A DNA stretch of 64,000 nt from Haliotis cracherodii (GCF_022045235.1 NW_027266275.1:59210001-59274000); one strand, 5' to 3'; positions 49,501 to 63,833 are shown, counted from the stretch's first letter. Made by a program: numbers and translations. The notes: generated from the sequence alone by a model not told the origin.

Positions 49501-52500
49501 AGTACTCTATATATAAGCAGGAAAAATTACAATGGCTGATCGTGTGTCGTTCCAGCAAAAACATGAATGTTAAACTGATATGAAAGCTCTCCAAATATGT
49601 GGTTGGTTTGGAAATATTTTAACAAGGGGTTGCATTTCGTCCATGTAACTGCGCTGAATGTGTAATCAAACTGGCAAATTCAAGGGTAATGCATGGCAAA
49701 GTCATAGGGGACAATATGTCTCCATCACCCTATGTTTGGGAATGGGAACGGATTGTTACAATGAGTGGCTGGGTTTGGTATGCTTCATCGCATATCTCCA
49801 ACAATCAATGCAGGTTTCATCCTTCCAGCACAAACTGATTTAACTGCAACATGCACTGCGGTGCCGATATAACAAATGGGACATTTCGAAACATACCACT
49901 GAGTCCATAAAATGTATGTTGGTGCAGGTGCCATACTCCTGTAGGACGTCACAGTGGCTTGGATGTCGTGACTCTCGGCAGTGGATGCATGAAGTTAGGA
50001 ACCGTCATGCACGAGACCATGCACTCCCTGGGGTTCTGGCACGAGCAGAGTCGTCCCGACAGAGATAATTACATCACTATTGAATGGAGCAACATCAGGA
50101 AGGGTACATGTTTTTTATATAAAACCACATAAGGGGATATTGGTGTAGATCCGAATATCTTTGCTGCTCCATGTGGACAATTTTGATATTGCGACTTCAA
50201 TTTGTTATTTTTATGTGACAGGGAGCAGCACAAAGATCCGGTTACCTCAGCTAACCCAGTATAGAGAAGAGTCACATTATGAAAGGTCATTTTGGAAGTT
50301 ATTTTGTTCAATTCAGTCAACATTACATGGATAATGTCTTTCAGTTTTTTAGTTTTCTGGGGCTACATCTATCTGCTGTTAACTGTTAATGTATGTAACA
50401 CGATAACAGTAAACTTCGGTTATAACGAACTGAAAGGGACCAATTTTTTTTTCCGTTATAACCGTAGTTCGTTATAATCGTTTCAACTAAAGGATACCGC
50501 AAATGGCCGGGATCCAAAACAACAGTTCGTTATATCCGTCACTTCATTATAAGTGTGTTCGTTATAAACGTAGTTCACTGTAGTTTATCTTTAGATAGTA
50601 ATATAAATGTTTTGTTAAAATGAACTGATTCATTAAATACATTAATATATACTTTTTAATAAACCTCTTTGGCGGTGTCAATACAATGAATATCACAAGG
50701 CGAAATCTTCAATTCAGCATACCACCTCACCCATACTTCAAATGATTTTTATTAATTCAGGCCATGAAAAAAACTTTGACCGCCGAAGCTCTGTAGAAGC
50801 CGACACATTTGGGAGACCTTATGACTACGAGTCTGTGATGCATTACAACGCCTATGAGTTCGCTATAGACCGCTCGAAGCCAACGATCATCGTCAAAAAG
50901 AAGGGGGTGTCGATTGGACAGAGAGACCACCTCAGCCATGGGGACATTCAAGAAATGCAAATCTACTACGGCTGTTCAACTCATTCGGGGAAACGCAACT
51001 CAAATCCCTCTACGTGTAAGTTGGATATCCATATCAAAAGCGTTCGTGATCTTTAAATGGAGTAACATTACCAACATACGTGCCTTATCTTAGGTGGTCC
51101 GAAAAATGGCCCAGATAAACATGTTGTTAAAAACCAGCAAGCAGCGACGCCATCGTGATGCGATAATACACGGCCAAGTTACCGTATTCGACGTAATAAG
51201 CGCCCCGCTCTAATAAGCGCCTACGGCGATATATGCGAATATATTGTCTAGTGAACAATCCCAATTAACCATCCTTCCGATTGATCAATGTTCACAAGAC
51301 TTATTTTTTCGCGTATGATATGCACTCGTGTGTCATATGCAACCTTAATTATGGGCAATAAATTCTGGAAAAATATATCTGTCGTACATGAACACGAAAT
51401 TTATCTTTTCACTCTGTTTTTTTTCCACCAGAATAATATTTTAATAAGAGCCCCCTATTTCTAATTTTGAGAGCGCCATGGGCGCTTCGTACGTCGAATA
51501 CGGTATGCATATGAACCAACCGATCCCCATTCGGTCGGATGTGAGCATGTCTAACACAACAGCTGAAATATATTACTGAGCAATCGCATCAATAAGGCTT
51601 AAACATAATTTTACTTTTAGTATTCATTAGGAAACCTTGAGACTTTGGACATTCGATCATTAATGGTACGTGTTTTGGTCTTTTCATGTAGCCTCTGAAA
51701 CATGCAATTTCCAAACTGATCTCTGCAAATGGCAGAATGGTGGAGACATTAACTGGATCCGTACCAGAGGAAGCACTTCGACCTCACACACAGGACCCAC
51801 GACTGATCACTCCGGGTCATCAAGCGGTGAGTGATGGGGGTGTTACTAGCGTGCCATTGATACACTCTGAAACCCCGTAAAATCTTCCACGTAATGACAT
51901 TTCCGAATTAACGCATATTAGCTCTGTCATATGATTTAATGATATTTTGTTATGCCAAACAGAAATACATAGGAAGCCAAACTTCCGGGCTGACGGTAGC
52001 CAGATAAAGGTGGGTTGTCTGCAGTATATCACCAATGGCGCAGCACGTCCAGACTCACCAATTCAATGATTCAATTTATTGTCCAATGACGAATATTTCT
52101 TGGTTTGTTAGGTAATACTTATACGCTATGGAAATCATGTGAAATTTATGATTTGTTTCTTGAAGTGTTTCCGCGGGCAGATGCTTCGTACAAAAACTCT
52201 ATACCGGAGTCAATAAGTAAATAACACATCTGGGCGAGTTGAAAAACGAAAACAAACGCCAAAGAAATAATAATATTTATTATTTCCGTGGAATTTTATT
52301 CTGACCATGAATGCCTTTTCATTACATATAGTTATGAAAACGAACAGAAACCTTTATTATGTATTACCTTTCAGGTTACTATGCCTACCTTGAAGCATCG
52401 GGAAATGAACACAAGAAAGGCTACCTCTTGTCCGAGACATTCGCTGCAGGCAACTACTGTCTGAGCGTCTACTACAGCATGCATGGCCACGACGAAGGAA

Positions 52501-53170
52501 GTCTGAAACTAGGGATGCAAACAGGAGGCCATGATACGAACTTGCACACTGTGTCTGGTGATCAGGGTCACGGGTGGCATCACTACATGACCAACCTCGA
52601 AGTTAAAACTGGGGACTTCAAGGTGAGTTCACTGCTAGACGAGGTACGTCCCTAACAGGATATGGAACCAATGCTATATCACTCAAACAGATTGCAAATG
52701 CTGAATTGTCAGGTTCAAAATTCAAACTGAGTTGTTTAGTGAGATGAGATATGCGTGAGATATGTTACAGCCATACCACGAGCCAAACATAAAAACCGTA
52801 TCACAAATGCAGTCTTGCTTTCTTTCAATTGACTTGTCTTTCCATGTGTTTGTGACGGGTGTCACCGATGGAGCAAGATACACTCGCCTTTTCGTGGACA
52901 CTTTGTATCACCCCTATTCGATAGTGATTCATAAACATATACTCATGACATAGTCGGAATCTTTTCAGAGACTCTGCTTTTAATCCTTTAATGTGAGTCT
53001 TGCGGATGGACTCTCCAGTTGACCGTTAACCATTTGTACTATTGTTTCATGTGTAACGCCGATCTTCCTTGTTTTAGGTTAAAATAGAAGGCGACATTGG
53101 CAGCGCCCACAGAAGTGACATTGCCATTGATGATCTGACTGTTACCAAAGGCGACTGTTCTTCACTATAG
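46591..53170 (+). CDS. Secreted astacin-MAM metalloprotease, copy C (422 aa)
   Basis: Exons 46591-46650, 47073-47088, 47739-47762, 48258-48304, 48446-48524, 48824-48959, 49928-50103, 50761-51015, 51692-51826, 52375-52622, 53078-53170. Exon sizes match copy B; zinc motif and Met-turn intact. Confidence 0.93.
46685..46842 (+). mobile_element. SINE family 1 in intron 1 of C (paralogs: 55273-55422 in D; internally deleted 14137-14202 in B)
   Basis: A box, B box, body and ACTC tail. Confidence 0.85.
51182..51503. mobile_element. Same MITE at the paralogous site in intron 8 of C
   Basis: Same TIRs, TA flanks and insertion site as 18537-18858. Confidence 0.9.
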
Positions 53171-53959
53171 CAGAGTTACCAGCTGTCGAGCGTGACTTCA
53201 TTAAGATATGATTCTTATTTCATGGAATGTCAATAAACTGTAATGTTATACAGTTAGCGTTATTATTTCATTTTGTTTCTCATAAATTGTTTATCAAAGA
53301 ATTCCTGATGAACTTATGTGATAAAATATTGAGTTCACCAGATTAATTCAATTTGTGCCTGTTGCCATCAGATTACGAAGCGAGTGAAAAGTTGGGCATG
53401 TGTTGCAAAGAGAATAAATATGCATGTACCTACATATGCATATTCCAGGTATTTATAGTACCTCGCTAAAGACATCGGACACGATAATCTACCCGCTTGA
53501 AAAAGCCTTTAAATCGCATCGAATCAATATTCAAGCACAAACATAAATTTGACAAGAACAACTTTATGGATAAATGGATAACAACCTTCTGGTTTGATGC
53601 ACACAGCCACGTTTTGATGTAGATTCTTACACCGTTATGAAGCTGGAGCAACCAAGTGATGAGAGGTATATATAAAACAAGCTGATAATTGGATGAAGCA
53701 AAATGTACAGTCGAGGGGTTGAGGGTTGGACTGGGGTGCGGCAATTAGCTTTGATAATAATTCTAAGGGATGGGTAGTCAGTGAAGATGGTATCGATACC
53801 TGTTTGGATAAATTGGACACTTTCATAACGTATCAGGCATGTCCAACACCAATGCATTTTGGAGTCTTTTCAGGAATTATTGTCTTGATTAAAACATATA
53901 TTTATGGAGGTACTTTGGGACGATTCAGCTTTGGCGTTGGCGCTGCTTGGGGTAAAATA

Positions 53960-54420
53960 AGAAAGCTTTGAATTATAAAATGGAATTTCAGAAAGAATCA
54001 AAACTGAAAGGATTAGAATTTCCGAAAGAATGAGAAAGAGGAGATAGATATTAAATTAAAGGAATTGTATTTGTAAACTTTGAAAAGATAACGACAAATT
54101 TGAAAAGGCCACAGGAGCACTGGGATGTTGATACAAAGTGTTCTAAAGGGCAAAGCTCATGGCGTTTATTATTGAAACTAGTTAGTCAAAACTATGATGA
54201 ATTGAAAAAGGACAATTTTTGAAGGCTTATGAGTTGGATCCCGAAACATACAATCAACAATTTAGGCAGTGAAAAAAGATGTGAGGATGTTTGTGTGGAT
54301 TTTGATAAGGAAAAGGAGACTTTGTTTCATGGAAGGATGTAGGCCAATACGTTGATGACTGATTTTGGAGGAAGGTTTCAAGCAGTATGTTCATGCTGTG
54401 TTTACGCCTTATTTTGAGGG
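53960..54420 (+). mobile_element. Decayed Gypsy-type gag relic in the intergenic spacer (paralog at 32690-33060)
   Basis: Fragments FDVTREVRLVPPF (about 32845-32882), FEK..NLKRP.EHW, QSVLKGKA..VY and AYEL.PE.Y.Q.F, with many frameshifts. Confidence 0.55.
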
Positions 54421-55108
54421 TAGATCAGGACAAGACATGCTTCCCCTTTTCTCAAACATCATTGTCATCTCTCATTGTCATTATTAATTCATATAATTGT
54501 CACCGCTCTTTTACGGCCAATGAAATTTGTTTCGGCGGATAATCGAGACTGGTTATTCTCTGGCCTTGACATGCTATATTTTCACCAGTCTGCAACAGAT
54601 GACAGATGGTTACTCGGCAACTCAGGTGATTTTAGGCAGTACGGTCACTACCAGGAATGGTCAGGGTACTTTCAGGTCAGGTCAGTAGGGTAATTCATAT
54701 TAGGAAAGGTCAGTTTCTTCGGTTCAGACAGTTTCGAATCCAAGAAAGTCAGATCGTTTATTCCATGGAAAGCCAGATGCCCTCGTTTATCCGAAACAGG
54801 ATTCAGATTTCTCGTCAGTTGTTAGATGTAGATATTGTCACAAGCCACGTCGCATGCTCATCACAAACATCAGAAACTTCTCCCCATGCTTTTGTGAATG
54901 TCAAGTCCTAGCCGATTTCTGATGTCATTAACATTGAGGTTGAGTATGGCTGTAGTGTTCGGTTACCAAAGTCTGCCATATTTTGAAAGGAGCACTTGCC
55001 TTTTATCTCAAAGGGTTTGTAGTCACTTAAAGGGGTTAAATATACATTGCGACCTTTGGAATCAACACGTAACACTTTGACACTCGCCAAACGTCCGCTC
55101 CCACGGTC

Positions 55109-55137
55109 CTTATCAAGAACAGAGATCAGTATAACTA
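55109..55137 (+). promoter_or_regulatory. Core promoter of copy D: GATA site plus altered TATA box (TATAACTA)
   Basis: Paralogous to the B and C promoters; TATAAATA is changed to TATAACTA at 55130-55137. Confidence 0.5.
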
Positions 55138-55182
55138 TCTTCTTTACTTACTATTATTTCAGAACGGTTTCTTGAAGGCACC

Positions 55183-58100
55183 ATGTTAGGGGTTGTTCTC
55201 ATCCTATTCGTTGGGCATGCTCTTGCTATACCAATAGATCAGGTCAGTATATTACACATACCGTTCTTAATAGGGCGGTCAGGTAGCCTAGTGGTTAAAG
55301 CGCTCGCTCGTCACGCCGAAGACCCGGGTTCGATTCCCGACTTGTGTGAAGCCCATTTCTTGTGTCCCCCGCCGTGATATTCCTGGAATATTGCTAAACG
55401 CGGCGTAAAACCTCACTCACTCAAGATAATTGTCTTATCGGAAAGAGACCGACATACCCCAGATGCTTAAAGATCAAATTTGAAACATTCAAGATCAAAA
55501 ATCTTTGTTTCTCTTATTCAGCTTCCAGACTTCGATGGTAAGTCCAATATGATGCATAAACATATAGCTTTGAGGTAAGCGCTTTTACAAGCGTTTATTT
55601 ATAAACGAATCACATTCTTTTTCTAAAGCTGTTTATCAACTGTTTGGTTGATGTAAGGCAACATTCGTGTATGGTGTGATACTACGTCACCTGGCTACAC
55701 TACCTTATCCTAATGACTGGCAATCACAAGTGAATGCATGCAAACAGCCAGTTTGTGATCTGTGGACATACCGTCATCTCAGTTTTGTTTGTTTGTTGTT
55801 TAACGCCGCACTCAGCAATATTCCAGGTATATAGCGGCGGCCTGTAAATAAAAGAGTCTGGACCAGACAATCCAGTGATTGAGCATGAACATTGATCCAC
55901 GCAATTGGGATACCATGACATGCATCATCCACCAATTTAAGTCTCAGTTATGACACACATATGCTACAATAGACTCAGTGACAAGGTGTTTGTTGAAATT
56001 GATATATAAATGAACATTTAATTGTTTTGTAATTTTTGCATTAATTTTTGAAATTTGAAGATAATGTTCATTTAGTCATGTCTGCAATTAAGTACGGACC
56101 TCCGTATCAACACTACAATAGTACCATAATAAAAACCACGATTTTCAAATTTATGTCAATATCAAATTAAAGCTTTAAAACTAAATTCTTGTTTTATTTT
56201 TCTAGAGGCGTATCCGGAAGAAAACCCTGGTAGGTTTACAAATAATTAAGATTATTAAGATTTCCTTCGAAAGTTTGTATAAGTCCTTTTAATTATCACG
56301 TCGCTATATAAGTGCAATAATTTGGAACGTGATGTTAAACTCCATTTCACCTTACCACTGCACCTGTTTCATGATATGAACCTAAATAATGAGTGGACAG
56401 ACATATATCTGTACTTTTGAAGATTCACAGAAAAATGAGTCAAATGATTTGTGGAAAGTGTTCCAAATGTTTGCTATGTCGATAGACATTTGTTCATGAT
56501 ATCAAATGGTTGGGAACCATTTGTCTCTTGGGCCTCATGTGACCAAAACCGACCATACTCACTGGCATTATTTATTTTGAATCAGTGCGATAACAATTTT
56601 GCAAATAAGGAAGTCATGATGTCATTGTTTCTTTTAAAAAGGCATTCACTTTCCACCCACGCATCCATTTTTGTCATAAAAGTATTTTACAATATAAACC
56701 AAATGAATATTTGTTTTTGTCAGGCCTCTTCGAGGGAGATATCATTCTGATGCCAGGACAAAACCCCAACGTAAGGCATTCTGTTTTGTATATAATTAAA
56801 TAAGATGAGAAAAATGGAAAAGTATTTAAAGTATCATGTCATAAAATGAATATTTTCAATCATTGTGATATATGCAAACTTCAGTATTGTCAAAACATGT
56901 CTATTTTTACAGGACAGAAATGCGAGAAGAGACAAAAACTACCGATGGCCAAATGGCGAAGTTCCTTTCGAAATTGACACCCATCATTTCTGTAAGCAAT
57001 GAAAAGTTGTTCTGAACAAATATAAACAACTAAAGATGAATTTGGATTTCAATACATGTGCATGAATAAATACAATAATTTGAAATTGAAACAATAAATA
57101 TCACATTTATAATTTGAAATCATTCCAAAATAGTTATTTTCAAAATTTCAAATGTTTCAATGACATAGTTTTGAATATAGGACAGCTACATGAATGCTGC
57201 CGTAACAACAATGAGTTTTAACGTAATCAGAGAGCACTTCACACACGTTGCTATGGATATCTCTGTTTGGAATGACATCGTATTTTTAATGTAGCATCGT
57301 CTGAGGAGAGTACCATACATACTGCCATGCAGACAATTCATGAGAAGACCAAGGTCAATGGCAAAGCGTGCATCACTTTCAAACCCCGCACAAACGAGCA
57401 TGCCTACATACGATACGCGGGAGGATCGGGGTAAATACCACATAGTTCATTTGTAGAACTAGCTGAACCCATCATGACTTTGAAACAAAAACTGCACTAT
57501 TCAGTTATATCGCTTGCACGAGTGTATGCTTGCATATCGACCACATGTAGAACTAGCTGTACCCATCATGCATTTGAAACAAAAACTGTACTATTCAGTT
57601 ATATCGCTTGTACGAGTGTATGCTTGCATATCGTCCATTTGTAGAACTAGCTGTACCCATCATGCATTTGAAACAAAAACTACACTATTCAGTTATATTG
57701 CTTGCACGAGTGTATGCTTGCATGTCGTCCACATGTAGAACTATCTGTACCCATCATGCATTGAAACAAAAACTGTACTATTCAATTAAATTGCTTGCAT
57801 AATGGTATGCATGTAACTTGCAAAAGCTCTACATACTCATTATCTGATCAATTTACTTGACATCATTCCGATACAAAATGTGAGGATACAAGAAAGAAGG
57901 TACACATATACTTGTGTCACTTGACTTGAAGGAGGGATTGTACCCGTGAAGATCCGGGTTAGAATAGGTCTTCAGCAACCCATGCTTGTCGTGGGAGGCG
58001 ACTATCGGGATCGACTGGTCAGGCTCGCGACTTGGGTGATGCATGTCATCGTATTCCAATTGTGTGGATCGATGCTCATGTTGTTAATCACTGGATTGTC

Positions 58101-61100
58101 TAGTCTAGACTCGATTATTTACGGACCGCCGTCATACAGCTGGAATATTGCTGAGTGCGGTGTGAATCAACAAACAAACAAATGAAGGAGGGGTTAACAT
58201 GTAAATATATGAACTGATGCATGACAGGTGATGCAAAACATAACCAAAGTACTCTATTCATAAGAAGGATAAATTACAATGGTTGATCGTGTGTCTATCC
58301 AGCAATAACATGAATGTTAAACTGATATGAAAGCTCTCCAAACATGTGGTTGGTTTGGAAATATTTTAACAAGGGGTTGCATTTCGTCCATGTAACTGCG
58401 CTGAATGTGTAATCAAAATGGCAAATTCAAGGGTAATGCATGGCAAAGTCATAGGGGACAATATGTCTCCATCACCCTATGTTTGGGAATGGGAACAGAT
58501 TGTTACAATGAGTGGCTGGGTTTGGTATGCTTCATCGCATATCTCCAACAATCAATGCAGGTTTCTTCCTTCCAGCACAAACTGATTTAACTGCAACATG
58601 CACTGCGGTGTCGATATAACAAATGGGACATTTCGAAACATACCACTGAGTCCATAAAATGTATGTTGGTGCAGGTGCCATACTCCTGTAGGACGTCACA
58701 GTGGCTTGGATGTCGTGACTCTCGGCAGTGGATGCATGAGGTTAGGAACCGTCATGCACGAGACCATGCACTCCCTGGGGTTCTGGCACGAGCAGAGTCG
58801 TCCCGACAGAGATAATTACATCACTATTGTTTGGAGCAACATCCAGGAAGGTACATGTTTTCTTATATAACACCACGTAAGGGGATAGATCCGAATATCT
58901 GTGCTGCTACAATTTTGATATTGCGACTTTTTGTTATTTTTATGTGACAAGTTTATTGGGAACAGCACAAAGATCCGGTTACCTCGCGAACCCAGTATTG
59001 AGAAAAGTCACAAAATGAAAGGTCGTTTTGCAAATTGTTTTGTTCAATTCAGTCAACATGACGTGGGTAACGTCTTTCATTTTTTTAGTTTTCTGGGGCT
59101 ACATCTACCTGCTGTTAACTGTAAATGTATGTAACACGATAACAGTAAACTTCGGTTATAACGAACTGAAAGGGACCAATATGTTTTGTTCGTTATAACC
59201 GTAGTTCGTTAAAAGCGTTTCAACTAAAGGATACCGCAAATGGCCGGTATCCAAACAACAATTCGCTATATCCGTCACTTCATTGTGTTCGTTTTAAACG
59301 TAGTTCACTGTAGTTTATCTTTAGATAGTAATATAAATGTTTTGTTAAAATGAACTGATTCATTAAATACATTAATATATACTTTTTAATAAACCTCTTT
59401 GGCGGTGTAAATAAATGAATATCAAAAGCCGAAATCTTCAATTCAGCATACCACCTCACCCATACTTCAAATGATTTTTATTAATTCAGGCCATGAACAC
59501 AACTTTGACCGTAAAAGCTCTGTAGAAGCCGACACATATGGGATGCCTTATGACTACGAGTCTGTGATGCATTACAGCGCCTATGGCTTCGCTAAAGATC
59601 GCTCGAAGCCAACGATCATCGTCAAAAAGACAGGGGTGTCGATTGGACAGAGAACCCACCTTAGCCCTGGGGACATTAAGGAAATACAAATCTACTACGA
59701 CTGTGCAACTCCTTCGGGGACACACACATCAAATCCTTCTACGTGTAAGTTTAATAGCCATATCAAAAGCGTTCGTGATCTTTAAATGGAGTAACATTAC
59801 CAACATACGTGCCTTATCTCAGGTGGTATGAAAAAATGGCCAAGATAAACATTGTTGTTAAAAATTCTAGCATGTCGTCGTCGTGATGCGATTACACACG
59901 GCGAAGTTATGCATATGAACCAACCGATCCCCATTTGGTCGGGTGTAACACAACAGGTGGAATATATTACTGAGCAATCGCATCAATAACGCTCAAACAT
60001 AATTTTACTTTTAGTATTCATTCAGAAACCTTGAAACTTTGGACATTCGATAATTTGTGCGTGTTTTGATCTTTTCTTGTAGCCTCTGAAACATGCAATT
60101 TCCAAACTGATCTCTGCAAATGGCAGAATGGTGGAGACATTAACTGGATCCGTACGAGAGGAAGCACTTCGACTTCACACACAGGACCCACGACTGATCA
60201 CTCCGGGTCATCAAGCGGTTAGTGATGTGGGGGTGTTACTAGCGTGCCATTGGTACACTCTGAAACCCGGTAAAATCTTCCACATAATGACATTTCCGAA
60301 TTAACGAATATAAGCTCTTTCATATGATTTAATGATATTTTGTTATGCCAAACAGAAATACATGGGAAGCCAGGCTTCCGGGCTGACGGTAGCCAGACAA
60401 AGGTGGGTTGTCTGCAGTGTATCACCTATGGGGCAGCACGTTCAGACTCACTTATTCAATGATTCAATTTATTGTCCAAAGACGAATATTTCTTGGTTTG
60501 TTAGGTAGTACTTATACGCTATGGAAATCGTGAAATTTATAATTTGTTTCTTGAAGTGATTCAGCGAGCAGATGCTTCGTACAAAAACTCTATACCGGAG
60601 TCGATAAGTAAATAATACATCTAGGCGAGTTGAAAAACGAAAACAAACGCCAAAGCAATGGTAATATTTATTATTTCTTTGGAATTTTATTCTGACCATG
60701 AATGCCTTTTCATTACATATAGTTATGAAAACGAACAGAACCCTTTATTATGTATTACCTTTCAGGTTACTATGCCTACCTTGAAGCATCGGGAAATGAA
60801 CACAAGAAAGGCTACCTCTTGTCCGAGACATTAGCTGCAGGCCACTACTGTCTGAGCGTCTACTACAGCATGTATGGCCATGACGAAGGAAGTCTGAAAC
60901 TAGGGATGCAATCAGGAGGCCATGATACGAACTTTCACACTGTGTCTGGTGATCAGGGTCACGGGTGGCATCACTACATGACCAACCTCGAAGTTAAAAC
61001 TGGGGACTTCAAGGTGAGTTGACTGCTAGACGAGGTACGTCCCTAACATGATATGGAACCAATGCTATGTCACTCAAACAGATTGCAAATGCTGAATTGT

Positions 61101-61452
61101 CAAGATCAAAATTCAAACTGAGTTGTTTAGTGAGATGAGATATGCGTGAGATCTGTTAAAGCCATACCACGAGCCAAACATGAAAACCGTATCACAAATG
61201 CAGTCTTGCTGTCTTTCAAATTGACTTGTCTTTTCATGTGTTTGTGACGGGTGCCACCTGTGCCGCCCTTTAATGTGAGTCTTGCGGATGGACTCTCCAG
61301 TTGACCGTTAACCATTTGTATTATTGTTTCATGAGTAACGCCGATCTTCCTTGTTTTAGGTTAAAATAGAAGGCGACATTGGCAGCGCCCACAGAAGTGA
61401 CATTGCCATTGATGATCTGACTGTTACCAAAGGCGACTGTTCTTCACTATAG
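55183..61452 (+). CDS. Secreted astacin-MAM metalloprotease, copy D (422 aa)
   Basis: Exons 55183-55242, 55522-55537, 56206-56229, 56724-56770, 56913-56991, 57295-57430, 58675-58850, 59490-59744, 60083-60217, 60766-61013, 61360-61452. Exon sizes match B and C; catalytic motifs intact. Confidence 0.93.
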
Positions 61453-62395
61453 TAGAGTTACCAGCTGACGAGCGTGACTTTATTAAGATATGATTCTTAT
61501 TTCATGGAATGTCAATAAACTGTAATGTTTTACAGTTAGCGTTATTATTTCATTTTGTTTCTCATAAATTGTTTATCAAAGAATTCCTGATGAACTTATG
61601 TGATAAAATATTTAGTTCACCAGATTGACTCAATTTGTGCCTGTTGCCATCAGATTGCGAAGCGAGTGGAAAGTGGGACATGTGTTGCAAAGAGAATAAA
61701 TATGCATGTACCTACATATACATGTACCAGGTATAAATAGTACCTCGCTAAAGACATCGGACACGATAATCTACCCGCTGGAACAAGCCTTTAAATCGCA
61801 TCGAATCAATATTCAAGCACAAACATAAATTTGACAAGAAAAACTTTATGGATAAATGGATAACAACTTCTGGTTTGATGCATACAGCCACGTTTTGATG
61901 TAGATTCTTACACCGTTATGAAGCTGGAGCAACCAAGTGATGAGAGGTATATATAAAACAAGCTGATAATTGGATGAAGCAAAATGTACAATCGAGAGGG
62001 CGGGGGTGGGGGTGCGGCAATTAGCTTTGAGGATAATTCTAAGTTATGGGGGGGGGGGGGGGCAAAGATTGTATCGATACCTGTTTGGTGCTAAAGTAAT
62101 CTGCTGATTTGATGAGAGGTCTTGCAAATGAAGGGGAGGGTGATTGTGATGGGGGCGTATTCTGATCTGGTTCGTTTGGGTTTGGGCAGGTGTATGGTGG
62201 AGATAGTCCTCTTGTGTTGTGTGGATAAATTGGACATTTTGACGACGTATCAGGCATGTCCAACAGCAATGCATTTTGGAGTCTTTTCAGGAAGCCATTG
62301 TCTTGATTAAAACATATATTTATTCAATAAATGAATCTAGATTGGTAAACAAGTCATCTGACTTATGTTAACACATCTCCGTACAAACTAATATA

Positions 62396-63833
62396 CTCAC
62401 ATGCAAAAGAAACGCAAGTCGAGTATGCATTATACATGCTATTTATTTTCAACAGTAAAGACAAGAAATACTAGTAGGGCAAGATTGACAAAAATATGAC
62501 TGAAGACAAATTAATGGATTAAAAGGCAGATGACGTAATTGTTTTTTTCAAATGTTAAGGGCTTACCCAGTTTCGGGTCAATACCCAAAATGTCAGTCAA
62601 TACCTGGTGTGACCACCATTAGCATTGATCACTGCCACACATCTCCTGTATATTGAGTGGATCAGACGATTTGCACACATCCAGAACAGCTGTGCGTAGT
62701 TCATCGGCAGTTGTAGGGACTGGGCGCACATTGTGCAGACGCCTTTGAACCTCATCCCACAAGTGTTCGATGGGGTTCAGATCAGGGCTGAGGGCTGGCC
62801 ACGGTAGAACACGGATGGTGTGTTGTTGCAGAAAGGCCATGGTAGCCCTGGCAACAAGGGGACGAGCGTTGTCCTGCTGGAAAATGTGTTGTTGATGTTG
62901 TGCAAAAAATGGGACAACGTGGGGTCTGATCGTTTGGTCGATATATCGCTGAGCAGTGACGCCGTGTCCCCGACCTTGACCAACATTCAGAAAGCACATG
63001 GGTCCAAGTCTCGCATCAAGTCCAATCATGACGCTAGGTCCACCCCATGGATCCCTTTCCACAACGTTTCTGTCAGCGAAACGATCACCTCGACGCCGCC
63101 AAATTCTGACTCTTCCGTCTGCATAGGAGACACAAAAGCGACTTTCATCAGAGAAGATGACAGGCCTCCACTCACGATGACGCCAATTGTGATGACCCTG
63201 TGCCCACTGAAATCGTGCTTGTTGATGCCGTGGTTGGAGAACAGGACGACGTGCTGGTCGGCGACATTTGAGGTTGTTGGAACGGAGACGTCGGATTATG
63301 TGTTCCTATGGTCTGTCGAGCACTATCACTTGCAGTTAGGAACGGATGTCGCTGGTGTTGACGGGTAATCTGCCGATCTTGTCGAGGTATGGTGACCCTA
63401 GGACGACCGCTCCAAGGAAGGCAATCTGTGGTCTGTGTAGCATTGTATCGATGCAGGAGACGGTAAATTGTGGTTATGTTAACGTTGAAATTACGGGCAA
63501 CATCTTGGACAGATTCCCCAGCTTCCAAACGTCCGAAAGCCTGGTTTCTCTGAATTTGAGTTAGGCGTTGCATTGTTGACCAAGGAGTGGTAGGTCCAAG
63601 AATCGGCCACAGTTTTATACCCACTACAGTTCGTGACAGTTCGTGCATTTTCGATTTCGCGAGAAATGGGTGCATAATACCCACATATTCATTGAAATGG
63701 TGCGTTTTGTCGATTCGTTTTTTATGCTGCGTTTTTACTCGGGCTTCCTACATGCTAAACCTCGTATCAATTTATGGTTACATGTTTGTTACCTATTTGC
63801 TTAAAACCACTTTCGTTTTGTTTTGCGTGTGAG
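62396..63833 (-). mobile_element. Tc1/mariner DNA transposon with a frameshifted transposase (about 62597-63573)
   Basis: TIRs CTCACATGCAAAAGAAACGCAAGT / ACTTTCGTTTTGTTTTGCGTGTGAG with TA flanks; motifs [37 protein letters not shown]. Confidence 0.88.

Noticed and set aside
14039-61452. Copies B, C and D as a pure assembly artefact
   Set aside because: Each copy has private substitutions, indels and TE insertions, and three distinct versions exceed two haplotypes. A partial haplotype artefact still needs read-level checking.
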